From: a virus | IMG/VR virus record: IMGVR_UViG_3300020182_001907 | Length of the DNA: 64,000 nt | Reading direction: 5' to 3' (one strand) | Shown here: positions 37,199-46,236 of the stretch, in pieces | Position numbering within the stretch: the first letter of the stretch is position 1 | Layout: the number at the start of each line of letters is the position of its first letter | The notes under the pieces: generated by a model | Told to the model about the DNA's origin: nothing | The model's database searches: none | The model's input: only the letters and a program-made list of their open reading frames with translations | Program-made: the position numbers and the translations under genes

Positions 37199-38691
37199 AT
37201 AGAATATTAGGTATTAGCAGTATGTTCCATGATGCAGCAGTATGCGTTATAGAAGATGGAGAAATATTGTTTGCGAGTCATGCTGAACGTTATAGTAAAG
37301 AAAAGAATGATCCTTTTCTTAACGAACAACTAATGACTGAAGCTCTCAGTTATGGTCTACCTGATGTCATAGTGCTGCATGAAAAAACTTGGGCAAAGCG
37401 TTTGAGGAATATTGCTGGCAGACAATGGAGCGGATTGCGTGAACCTAGTGCAGAATCTTTTATTAAAACAAGCATGCCGTTTTTAAATGATGTACCAATT
37501 AAAAGCTATTGGCATCACGAAACACACGCAGCAGCTGGTGTACTAACAAGCAATTTAGATAGTGCTGCTGTTATGGTTATTGACGCTATTGGAGAATTTG
37601 ATACTGCTAGTATATGGCATTGGAAAGATAATAAATTAACAAAGAAACACAGTATAAAATTCCCTCACAGCTTAGGGTTGTTTTATAGCGCAGTAACACA
37701 TTTTGTCGGATTAAAACCCATGGAGGATGAATACATTCTAATGGGAATGGCAGCATATGGGAATGATGTTGTTGCTGCTGATATCGAAAGTGCAATGACA
37801 GATGTTTACTTTAATAATAAACAAGGCCCTATTAAATTTAGAGAAAATTTACAACGTGGGTTACCACATAAAAGCCATTTTAATCAATATGATAATATGG
37901 ACATAGCATTAGCTGCACAAAACATTACAGAAAAACACATACTGGACTATGCTAACATAGCAAAAAATATAACTGGAGAAAACAATCTAGTATTTATGGG
38001 AGGTGTTGCTCTTAACTGTGTTGCTAACAGTCGACTGTGTTCTTTGTTTGAAAATGTACACATAATGCCTAATCCTGGTGATGCAGGTAGTGCATTAGGT
38101 GCCGCAGCATTAGAATATTTTAATCAAACTGGAAATAAAGTAAACTGGAAAAGCCCTTACTTAGGAACAAACATACCAGGAAAGTATCCTGTGAATAAAG
38201 CAATGGGTGCACTAACATCAAATAAAATTTTTGGTATAGCAAACGGCCGGGCGGAGTTTGGACCAAGAGCGTTAGGTAATCGCAGTTTGATGGCAGATCC
38301 CAGAGGAGAACAAATTAAACAAAGAGTTAACGTAATTAAGAAGCGCCAACAATTTCGCCCTTTTGCTCCTGTTGTTTTAGAACAATACGCTAATAAATAT
38401 TTTGATATGCCAGTAGCATCAAGTCCTTATATGCAATTTGTTGCTAAATGTAAATTCCCTAATATGTATCCTGCTATTGTTCATGCAGACGGTTCAAGCC
38501 GTGTGCAGACAGTTAACAAGTCCCAACATCCTGGATTGTACCAACTGCTAATGGAATTTTACTCTTCAACAGGATGCCCTATGTTGCTGAACACTAGTTT
38601 AAATATTAAAGGACAGCCAATAATTAACGACGAGGATGACGCTAAAGCATGGACATTACAATATGGTAGGCCTGTATTTACACATGATTAA
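37195..38691 (+). CDS. Carbamoyltransferase, NodU/CmcH family
   Basis: HDAAV, ERYS..K, HH..HAA, DAIGE, EY.LMGMAAYG, GGVALNC.AN, EFGPRALGNRS, RPFAP and LLNTSLN..G.PI. Confidence 0.9.
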   Translation: MNRILGISSMFHDAAVCVIEDGEILFASHAERYSKEKNDPFLNEQLMTEALSYGLPDVIVLHEKTWAKRLRNIAGRQWSGLREPSAESFIKTSMPFLNDVPIKSYWHHETHAAAGVLTSNLDSAAVMVIDAIGEFDTASIWHWKDNKLTKKHSIKFPHSLGLFYSAVTHFVGLKPMEDEYILMGMAAYGNDVVAADIESAMTDVYFNNKQGPIKFRENLQRGLPHKSHFNQYDNMDIALAAQNITEKHILDYANIAKNITGENNLVFMGGVALNCVANSRLCSLFENVHIMPNPGDAGSALGAAALEYFNQTGNKVNWKSPYLGTNIPGKYPVNKAMGALTSNKIFGIANGRAEFGPRALGNRSLMADPRGEQIKQRVNVIKKRQQFRPFAPVVLEQYANKYFDMPVASSPYMQFVAKCKFPNMYPAIVHADGSSRVQTVNKSQHPGLYQLLMEFYSSTGCPMLLNTSLNIKGQPIINDEDDAKAWTLQYGRPVFTHD

Positions 38692-38703
38692 GATACCGCT
38701 TAA

Positions 38704-38709
38704 TAAATA
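38704..38709 (+). promoter_or_regulatory. Putative late promoter (ATAAATA) 5 nt before the ATG
   Basis: The motif sits directly upstream of 38715 with no SD sequence, suggesting a near-leaderless mRNA. Confidence 0.5.
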
Positions 38710-38714
38710 TTCCT

Positions 38715-41700
38715 ATGTTTGATATATATTATACTGGTACAAATTCCTTACTGCATAGCACATATCCCTTTGCAAAAAAATACACGGAAGATGCTAATCC
38801 ATTGACAAAAATGTATTGGCTAGTAGACTCTGACATAGAAATTGTTGATCATAGTATTTTTGAATACCGTCCTCCTGCACATCAGGAACAATATGAACAT
38901 ATCTGGAAATGGAATAGTAAAAATTACGGCGGTGTACGGCTGCTACCTAAAAAATCTCCTAAAGGTGTTGTAGAGATAAACAAAGTTGTATGTAAAAAAA
39001 CTATTAGGATACTTTTTGATTGTGATGATCCAGACGAATATTTTGAGAATAATACAGCAGAGTACGTATGGTGTGTAGATTCTAGATATAAGTTGCCAGA
39101 AGGTGGTTTAGAATGGGCACCTGATAACACTGAACTTCCTTATATACATAATTTCCATTTAAAAAATCAACTTCAAGACTATTATCCTGAAGATGAAGGT
39201 GGGGTGACGCTGTATCCTAGAGACTGGAAAAAGCTGACAAAAAAATATCACGGGATTATGCATTTGGATAGCAGATTGTATCCTGTAATGTATGTTAGTG
39301 ATCCTTCAGATTACTCGCAACGTAATATATACAATCATGATTATGTGTGGTTAATAGACAAAAACTATAAGATAAATGAAGAAACCCTTCAATGGACTCC
39401 TAGTGTGGGAGAGCCTGAACAGTACATACATAATTTTCGAATGCCACAACAACTAAAAGAAAAATATCCACGAGCAATGGGAGGCATTTACTTAGTACCT
39501 AAAAACTGGATGGATGCTCAGATAAAAATACACAAAGGTTGCCATGTTGAAAATGAGGAATATGATACATTTTTCACTAATAAACCGTTTAATGCAAGTA
39601 CATATGAATTCTATGCAAACCGTAGCCTAACCGATTGGTTTTGGATTGTTGACTTAGAATACAATTTTAACGGTAAACTAAGCTTTGTTCCTGACAAACA
39701 CGATGGTAAAGTAACCCACGTTTTTCACTTTCCTGGGCAATTGCCTGCCCGCTATCCAGACAACGTAGCTGACCTTCCTCCTGACGATACTCGTAATGGC
39801 GGAATAAGATTAGTACACAAACAATTTGATATAACTAAAAACAAAGTGTGCAGAGATATATTACCTATAATTTATGACGTATTTTTTGTACATCACACAG
39901 AATTAAATAATTACACCAAGTATGAAAAACTATCTAATACAAGTATGTTTTATCTGGTAGACGAGGAGTTAGTGTTCGACATTGACTCACTGAATTATGT
40001 TCCTGAACCTTGGGCGTATCAATACGTACACACATGGCATTTACCTCCTCAGCTGGAATATAGATATGATAACGAAGGAGTTGGTCCCATAAAACTTGTA
40101 CCAAATACTTTTGTTAATGATGGTCACTATAAGTTAATTGAAGGAGATTTGTTTATTGGTAACTATGAAAATCTATCTAAAATTACATATCCGGTAATCA
40201 GGTCAAAAACCGTGTCAGATTTATTTGATATAGATGAGGATATACCTGGGCTATGTTGGCTTGTTGACGATAATTATATTATAGATAATGATAAGTTAAG
40301 CAAGATATGGAATCCTTCTAGCGATACTATTAACTATATACACAACTTTAAACTTGCTAATCAGTTAACTGAACTGTATCCAGATGAGATGGGGGGTATA
40401 TACTGGCTTCCCGATAACTGGAGAGAATTAAAAAATACAAAAAATACATTAGTAATACACGGATCGCAAGCTTGGCAAGAAACTAATATTGATGCCGAAT
40501 TCCCAATATTTTATAACGAAGAAGAAGCTAATAATAAGTGTAAAGATGAAAGATTCTACTGGTTAATTGACCCTGATGTAACAGTAGTAGACGACTTTGA
40601 TTTTAATTTCCAACCAGAATTCTGGGATCATGATAAAACACATATTTGGCAAAAATGTAATCCAGTGACTAATTCAGTTTTTGATTACGGGGGTATACAA
40701 TTAGTAAGTCGACATGCCGACAAAAAGAAACGACCAAAACATATACTAGAACCTGGCTGTTACCAGAAACAGATTCCTATTCACACTTTAACAAATGAAA
40801 CTTCACTAGCAAAGCAAATGTTTGACTTTAGTGTCCAAGCAAAAAATAACGGATTTAAGATGTTTTGGGTATTAGATAGTAGTGTTGTATTACATGACGA
40901 ATGGGACTTTAGTTATTACCCATCGCAATGGGAGCAAAACTTTGTGCATGTTTTTCAAAATACTAATGGTGAGTATCGAGATGTGCGGTTAGTTCCGACT
41001 AATTTTATAGAAGATAATGCTGATTTAACACTAAGTGATTTTACATACAATAATCTAGAAAACTTAAAATATATAGATATTATTGCTACTACGATACGAG
41101 AATGGCCAGTGATAAAGTTAAACGTAATTAATGTAGAGATTTTCTTGCAAGAGTTGCAGTCATACAGAAACCAAGGAATTTCTTATGTATGGACTGTTTC
41201 TTCCTATGTTGATGTAAATGAACAGTTAATAAAAGATAGTTTCCAGCCAGCAGGAGTAGATAACGCAAAAATTCATATATTCCAAGATTTTTCTCCTCAT
41301 ACAGGTCGTTTACACAGTTATGGTAGGGTTATGCTGTGGCCAACAGATGGAAATTACAGCAATCTTACTAGCAAACAAATCGAAACAGCAAGTATAAAAG
41401 ATAAAAAATACGTTAAAGAAGTTGGATCTACATATAAAAAGTTTGATGTTGCCTTAATTACTTACCGTAACGAGAACGCTGATGAAAGATTTGCAAAGCT
41501 AAAAGAAAAAGCACCACACGCAATACATATAAAAGATGTTAAAGGTATTTTTGAAGCACATAAAGCAGCAGCAGGCCAGTCCACTACGGAGATGTTGTGG
41601 GTAGTAGACGGCGATGCTGAGATAGTAGATGACTTTAATTTTGATTACATACCAGATATATATGATACTAACACTGTACACGTCTATACCACTATTAACC

Positions 41701-42113
41701 CAATCACAGGTGACAAATACGGCTATGGCGGAGTAAAACTATTTAATAGAAATCAAATTATGAAAGTTGATAATTGGGGATTAGATTTTACCACAGGCCT
41801 CAGCAAAGATTTTAAATTAATGGACGAAGTAAGTAATATCACTGCTTTTAATACCAGTCCATTAAGCACATGGCGTAGTGCATTTAGAGAAGTAGTAAAA
41901 TTAACATTAAAGGGCGACAATGAAAGCTTCCAGCGTTTGTTTATATGGTCTGAACCTGAGATAGAAGATGCAGATTATATACAATATGCAAAAGACGGGG
42001 CAGAGCAGGGTTATAATTTTGTAATAGAAAATTCAAACAAACCTGAAAAACTACAGATAATAAACGATTTTGATGAATTAGAAAAGATGTTTAATGCCAA
42101 ATATGAAACTTAA
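38715..42113 (+). CDS. Poly-GT-A repeat protein (ten repeats; the last resembles an intact glycosyltransferase)
   Basis: Ten units of W(L/V/I)(V/I)D...(Y/V)(I/V)H.(F/W)...GG(V/I).L.P. The final unit has VKG...AH..AA, WVVDGDA, YGYGGVKL and AFRE..KL. Confidence 0.7.
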   Translation: MFDIYYTGTNSLLHSTYPFAKKYTEDANPLTKMYWLVDSDIEIVDHSIFEYRPPAHQEQYEHIWKWNSKNYGGVRLLPKKSPKGVVEINKVVCKKTIRILFDCDDPDEYFENNTAEYVWCVDSRYKLPEGGLEWAPDNTELPYIHNFHLKNQLQDYYPEDEGGVTLYPRDWKKLTKKYHGIMHLDSRLYPVMYVSDPSDYSQRNIYNHDYVWLIDKNYKINEETLQWTPSVGEPEQYIHNFRMPQQLKEKYPRAMGGIYLVPKNWMDAQIKIHKGCHVENEEYDTFFTNKPFNASTYEFYANRSLTDWFWIVDLEYNFNGKLSFVPDKHDGKVTHVFHFPGQLPARYPDNVADLPPDDTRNGGIRLVHKQFDITKNKVCRDILPIIYDVFFVHHTELNNYTKYEKLSNTSMFYLVDEELVFDIDSLNYVPEPWAYQYVHTWHLPPQLEYRYDNEGVGPIKLVPNTFVNDGHYKLIEGDLFIGNYENLSKITYPVIRSKTVSDLFDIDEDIPGLCWLVDDNYIIDNDKLSKIWNPSSDTINYIHNFKLANQLTELYPDEMGGIYWLPDNWRELKNTKNTLVIHGSQAWQETNIDAEFPIFYNEEEANNKCKDERFYWLIDPDVTVVDDFDFNFQPEFWDHDKTHIWQKCNPVTNSVFDYGGIQLVSRHADKKKRPKHILEPGCYQKQIPIHTLTNETSLAKQMFDFSVQAKNNGFKMFWVLDSSVVLHDEWDFSYYPSQWEQNFVHVFQNTNGEYRDVRLVPTNFIEDNADLTLSDFTYNNLENLKYIDIIATTIREWPVIKLNVINVEIFLQELQSYRNQGISYVWTVSSYVDVNEQLIKDSFQPAGVDNAKIHIFQDFSPHTGRLHSYGRVMLWPTDGNYSNLTSKQIETASIKDKKYVKEVGSTYKKFDVALITYRNENADERFAKLKEKAPHAIHIKDVKGIFEAHKAAAGQSTTEMLWVVDGDAEIVDDFNFDYIPDIYDTNTVHVYTTINPITGDKYGYGGVKLFNRNQIMKVDNWGLDFTTGLSKDFKLMDEVSNITAFNTSPLSTWRSAFREVVKLTLKGDNESFQRLFIWSEPEIEDADYIQYAKDGAEQGYNFVIENSNKPEKLQIINDFDELEKMFNAKYET

Positions 42114-42765
42114 TACCTGGTCCGAAGTAGAAAAATTTACTGATAAAAATCTAAGAATATCACCCACCTATCTTTCAGAAGTTGGAACAGGAAAGTATCC
42201 TTGTGAAGCTTTTAGTTTGGGCCAGCTTGCAAGTAAAGCGTGGCTAATACGTTGTATTAATCAATATGTTAATCCTTTACAAGCTAATGTAACCGTTGCT
42301 ATTTTAGGCAGCTGGATAGGTGTATTAGTAGAATTTTTACATCAAAGTTTTCTTATTGATCGAATCTATGGCATAGATCTAGACGAATTCAGTATAAAAT
42401 TAAGCGAGGAACTTAATAAAAAACATGTCAACAATTCATGGAAATATAAAGGTGTAGTAGCAGATGTTTTGACACTGTCTACAAACAATATGGAATTTCT
42501 TACTGATAACGAATTAATAAATGTTAAACCTGAATGGATTATAAACGCCAGTTGCGAACATATGGGCTCTCAATGGTTTAATACTGCGGATTCAGATCAG
42601 TTAATTATTATGCAAACAAATAACTATCATAGATGGCATGAGCACACAAACACTGTGGACAGTATAACAGACATGCAAGATAAATATCCATTATCTAATA
42701 CCTTATATGCAGGAGAATTAGATATGCCATTATACACTAGGTACATGCAAATAGGATATAAGTAA
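42103..42765 (+). CDS. Class I SAM-dependent methyltransferase-like protein
   Basis: GQLASK.W, AILGSWIG, GIDLD, INASCEH, H.N and R.M.IG.K. Confidence 0.65.
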   Translation: MKLNTWSEVEKFTDKNLRISPTYLSEVGTGKYPCEAFSLGQLASKAWLIRCINQYVNPLQANVTVAILGSWIGVLVEFLHQSFLIDRIYGIDLDEFSIKLSEELNKKHVNNSWKYKGVVADVLTLSTNNMEFLTDNELINVKPEWIINASCEHMGSQWFNTADSDQLIIMQTNNYHRWHEHTNTVDSITDMQDKYPLSNTLYAGELDMPLYTRYMQIGYK

Positions 42766-42908
42766 TGGGTGATAACGTCGACAAAGCCCAAGCAATATTA
42801 GAAGGCCGTTGTGAGGAATGTGGATGGAAGGATGCACATAATGTGAGTTGTTCTAAAAATGCTATGCCAATTCAGTTAGAGCTAAATTTTGGGTGTATAA
42901 CCCCTTAG
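42765..42908 (+). CDS. 47-aa putative zinc-finger protein (absent from ORF track)
   Basis: TAATG-coupled ORF MGDNVDKAQAILEGRCEECGWKDAHNVSCSK... with CxxC-x5-H-x3-C. Confidence 0.5.
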   Translation: MGDNVDKAQAILEGRCEECGWKDAHNVSCSKNAMPIQLELNFGCITP

Positions 42909-43174
42909 ATCCCACTAAAGTATAAATTAACAGCATCCTGTTTGTGCTTAAAGTAAACAACCGTCTCTTCCATTAAGCCATCATACGCTATTGCGGTGTT
43001 TTCTTGCTCTATTTGCAATTGCCTATACCTACGTTTAAGTCGGTCATTACGTTTACGAGTAGTTATATTGTACTCTTTATAATTCCATGTAATACTAACA
43101 AACGCTTCCCAAGGACCAGGCGCAGTATAAGGATGCAATTGTAATGTTGCTATGTTATTATTATGGTTGTGCAT
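42905..43174 (-). CDS. Hypothetical protein
   Basis: Last gene of the minus-strand arm, overlapping the upstream gene's stop. Confidence 0.55.
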   Translation of the reverse strand: MHNHNNNIATLQLHPYTAPGPWEAFVSITWNYKEYNITTRKRNDRLKRRYRQLQIEQENTAIAYDGLMEETVVYFKHKQDAVNLYFSGI

Positions 43175-43523
43175 CGTTCTCAGCAAAAATATTATCTAGT
43201 ATTGAGGCAGCTTCATAACGTATAAACGTATCCGCATCAGCAATGTCTAATAAGATTTCTATTTTTGTGATATTGTTTGGAACTCCAATCTGTGATAAAA
43301 TTTTATCTATTTCAGGCAGTAGAATATCGTTTCCTAATGCACCCTGATTAACTTTATATTTTTCACCTGTTGTTAAAGTTACAAAGATACTGTCCAACAA
43401 CTCTAGTGGTATTGATTGCTGATTATCATGTCCTGTGTTTAAAAACTCGTGCAATACAGACGTTGGATTTGATTTGCCTTTACTTAAAATAACAATATCG
43501 GGACCTTGTTGTTTATTTGACAT
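43161..43523 (-). CDS. Hypothetical protein
   Basis: 120-aa ORF with a TAGGAGTAG RBS. Confidence 0.7.
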   Translation of the reverse strand: MSNKQQGPDIVILSKGKSNPTSVLHEFLNTGHDNQQSIPLELLDSIFVTLTTGEKYKVNQGALGNDILLPEIDKILSQIGVPNNITKIEILLDIADADTFIRYEAASILDNIFAENDAQP

Positions 43524-43549
43524 AAAACTACTCCTAGCTATATTATTAT

Positions 43550-44179
43550 TTAGCTAAGAGTAGTTTTTTTAGGACGTCCTGGACCTTTCTTTGGAACAAG
43601 CTCGGGATTTAATTCGTATGCTTGATTTATTTTTGCTTCTGCGTCCGCTAACATTGCTTCAGCATCTTCTTTCATTAACTGTGCTTGTACTAACAATCCT
43701 TCTGCAATATTACTATCGTCGATAGTTTCTACTTCCTGATTTGCTGTAGTTCCCTCAATGTCAGCAGTAGTGACACGAGTTTGTTGATCTTCTGGAAGGA
43801 TTCGGTTAGTTTTATGATTTTCTGATCGAGATTCTATCTTCCTAATTTCAGCATTAACTTCTGACAACATGATAGTTTGAGTAGGAGTAGGTTTTAGTAC
43901 TACTTGCGCTACTGGTACTTTTTTAATTTGTTTGTTATTATGCAACGAGTTTAATGCATTGTTACCATCAGTAAATGTTTTCCTTGCTAGTACTTGACTG
44001 ATGTCATTAGCCTCTTGACCTTCTGCACTTTGCACAAACATCATTAAGTCATCATGTGTTCTAGGATCAAGCTGGCCAGATTCTACTATTAAACAATTTT
44101 CTGGTTCGTTTGGAACTTCTCTATATAGCACAATACAAGGTCTATCTCCATATGCGCCCATGTGTTTCAAAACAGTCAT
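43550..44179 (-). CDS. Conserved hypothetical phage protein
   Basis: 209 aa; LKH.G...R.VP.EP..CL N-terminus, coiled coil and KKGPGRPKK tail; GGGAG RBS. Confidence 0.7.
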   Translation of the reverse strand: MTVLKHMGAYGDRPCIVLYREVPNEPENCLIVESGQLDPRTHDDLMMFVQSAEGQEANDISQVLARKTFTDGNNALNSLHNNKQIKKVPVAQVVLKPTPTQTIMLSEVNAEIRKIESRSENHKTNRILPEDQQTRVTTADIEGTTANQEVETIDDSNIAEGLLVQAQLMKEDAEAMLADAEAKINQAYELNPELVPKKGPGRPKKTTLS

Positions 44180-44180
44180 A

Positions 44181-44447
44181 CTATTCTCCCTTAGCTTCTT
44201 GCGCTGCTGCTGCTTCTTGCGCTGCTGCTGCTTCTTGCGCTGCTGCTGCTTCTTGCGCTGCTGCTACCCCCTCTAAAAATGCTCCTAGTTTGTCTCTAAC
44301 TGCACCAATCTGAGTGAGTTCTGGACCTTTAAAAGCTCCTCTTTCAGCAGACAAGTCGACAATTTGTAATAACGATTGTAAATCGTTTAAGTTGATACTT
44401 TCTCCAGTAGCTGGTGTAGGTGTTCCCTGTTGTAGTTGTTCGGACAT
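44181..44447 (-). CDS. Hypothetical protein with (AAAQEA)4 tail
   Basis: I.L.DL....QI.D....RGAFK..E...G motif; GGAGG RBS. Confidence 0.7.
   Translation of the reverse strand: MSEQLQQGTPTPATGESINLNDLQSLLQIVDLSAERGAFKGPELTQIGAVRDKLGAFLEGVAAAQEAAAAQEAAAAQEAAAAQEAKGE
44194..44265. repeat. Perfect 18-bp tandem repeat x4 (GCTTCTTGCGCTGCTGCT)
   Basis: Four identical copies read directly from the sequence. Confidence 0.95.
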
Positions 44448-44466
44448 TATTGTTCCTCCTATGTTA

Positions 44467-44733
44467 CTAGTGATATTTACTTTCTTTTATGACTTCAGGT
44501 CGTATTTTATGGCATAAATTAACAGTATTCTCTTTATCAATAACATTTTCAAAATAGATATAAGAATATCCAGTAGGGTCTACACGTACATGGTAAAAGC
44601 CTGTACTGTACTCATCCACAAAGTCTAATACTTCGTCCAGCATATCCTTTGTAAGGGTAATACGGTTACGAATTAGCGTAACAGCTAATTCGGTACCTGC
44701 CAACATAACAAACTCTGCCATATCAAGTTTCAT
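44467..44733 (-). CDS. Hypothetical protein
   Basis: 88-aa ORF with ATGA overlap to the vWA gene. Confidence 0.6.
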   Translation of the reverse strand: MKLDMAEFVMLAGTELAVTLIRNRITLTKDMLDEVLDFVDEYSTGFYHVRVDPTGYSYIYFENVIDKENTVNLCHKIRPEVIKESKYH

Positions 44734-46088
44734 GATTCTCTCTCATAATGTACACTAGTACCAAAAGGTGCTTCAGGAGATTGCCCGTTATAGCCACCGT
44801 GTACAATAAACAGTGTCTCACAATAGTTTTCATCTCCCCAACTGTTCCAAGGGTATCCGTCAGTGAACATCACAAACAGTTTAGGATTGATACCCTGATC
44901 TTTCATGTAGTCCCAACAGCACATAAAGTCCGTACCGCCACCGCCCATAGATTCATATTCTAAAAATTCATCTATGTTATTTTCGTCAAAATCCTGAGGA
45001 TTGTGTACCTCAGTATCAAAACAAAACAAATGTATATTGAAGTTGGTATACTGATCCATGCAGCCTTGTGTCTCTGACAATATGTCTTGTAGCATATCCT
45101 GAGACATACTACCTGAAGTATCAATTGCAATTGCAATATCAATACTTTCATCATAGTCCATGCTGGGCAAGTAAAAGCCTGCATCAACTCCCTTACGGCT
45201 AGGACGTCTATACGTGTAGTCGCTCTTTACAGTGCTTTGTATTTTAGTAGGTAACATATCGCGCCAATTTAATTGAGGAGAAAGAAACTCGTTAATGAGC
45301 CTCCGAACACCACTGGGTAAATTGCCAGCATCCTGGCCACGTGCACTTTGCAATACAGTACTCTGTACTTCCTGACTGATTTGCTCTTTCTCTTCTTGGG
45401 TGTACCGAATAGGACCATTGGTACCATCATTGTTTCCAGTACCAGGAGCATCATCTTCCTCTCCAGCATCATTACCATCTAGATGCATATCAAAAGGTGA
45501 GTATTGTATTACTCTGCCATTCTCTTCTGCATCTGTGATCATCTCGTCATATAGTTCTTCTGACGTCTTACCACGAGCCTGATGATCGTATATAATTTGT
45601 ATACTTTCAATCTTTTTACCAATTCGAGCTTCAACCAAATCGCTATTTACAATCTTGTCGTTGGCAATGTTCCAGATGTCAGCTTGTCTTGTGGTGTTGT
45701 TAACGTAATCCACATACTGCTCATCTGTATCAAAATCCTTTCGATTCTTAGTGATCTCCCAGTCACGATTGCGTCTCCCCATATGATCATATACACAATG
45801 TAATACTTCGTGACCAAAGCCAAACTCGTTTTCCCCTTCGTGTTCGTTAAACATTGCAACTAAATTACGATTGTAGTAAAAGTTCTTGCCGTCTGTTGCA
45901 AGGGTAGGACACCAGCTTGTAGCATCTACTAGGTTAAGTCTGGTTGCTTGGTTGCCAAAGAACGGAGCACTCATTAAGAGTTTCACACGAGCTTTAATTA
46001 GGATATCTCGAATTTCTTCGCTAGATAAATCAGTTTCTGGGATATGAAAGCTGGGTTTTTTCTGGGCAGTAGTATCTTTAGTACTCAT
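44730..46088 (-). CDS. Metallopeptidase-vWA domain protein (DUF2201-like)
   Basis: T.ATDG, HEVLH (HExxH), NIAND..VN, acidic linker, MIDAS DTSGSM, GGGGTDF and FTDGY. Confidence 0.85.
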   Translation of the reverse strand: MSTKDTTAQKKPSFHIPETDLSSEEIRDILIKARVKLLMSAPFFGNQATRLNLVDATSWCPTLATDGKNFYYNRNLVAMFNEHEGENEFGFGHEVLHCVYDHMGRRNRDWEITKNRKDFDTDEQYVDYVNNTTRQADIWNIANDKIVNSDLVEARIGKKIESIQIIYDHQARGKTSEELYDEMITDAEENGRVIQYSPFDMHLDGNDAGEEDDAPGTGNNDGTNGPIRYTQEEKEQISQEVQSTVLQSARGQDAGNLPSGVRRLINEFLSPQLNWRDMLPTKIQSTVKSDYTYRRPSRKGVDAGFYLPSMDYDESIDIAIAIDTSGSMSQDMLQDILSETQGCMDQYTNFNIHLFCFDTEVHNPQDFDENNIDEFLEYESMGGGGTDFMCCWDYMKDQGINPKLFVMFTDGYPWNSWGDENYCETLFIVHGGYNGQSPEAPFGTSVHYERES

Positions 46089-46119
46089 ATAAACTCCTAA
46101 TTTCTTAACCTACTCTTAT

Positions 46120-46147
46120 ATTATAGCAGATTTCACAGTATTGTCAA
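46120..46147 (-). promoter_or_regulatory. Sigma70-type early promoter for the vWA gene
   Basis: TTGACA-N16-TATAAT with TGC before the -10 element. Confidence 0.85.
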
Positions 46148-46151
46148 GCTC

Positions 46152-46164
46152 TAAGTGTTTGATT
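46152..46164 (-). promoter_or_regulatory. IHF-consensus site upstream of the -35 element
   Basis: AATCAAACACTTA matches WATCAAnnnnTTR. Confidence 0.5.
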
Positions 46165-46174
46165 TAAAAGAGGA

Positions 46175-46233
46175 AATTAGTGCCCGGGCTGTAGGTAGGA
46201 GTAGGGAGTGTGTAGATTGCCCGGGCACCAATT
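46175..46233 (-). other. 15-bp stem / 29-nt loop hairpin downstream of the MoxR gene (terminator, processing site or small RNA)
   Basis: AATTGGTGCCCGGGC ... GCCCGGGCACTAATT inverted repeat with one G-U pair and a C-rich loop. Confidence 0.6.
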
Positions 46234-46236
46234 AAA

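Noticed and set aside
14337-42765. Interpretation as a bacterial O-antigen/capsule locus
   Set aside because: No wzx/wzy/wzm/wzt or priming transferase; flanked by phage tail genes, T4-type RNase H and late-promoter motifs.
44194-44265. Possible CRISPR-like array
   Set aside because: Contiguous 18-bp repeats with no spacers, in frame within a CDS.
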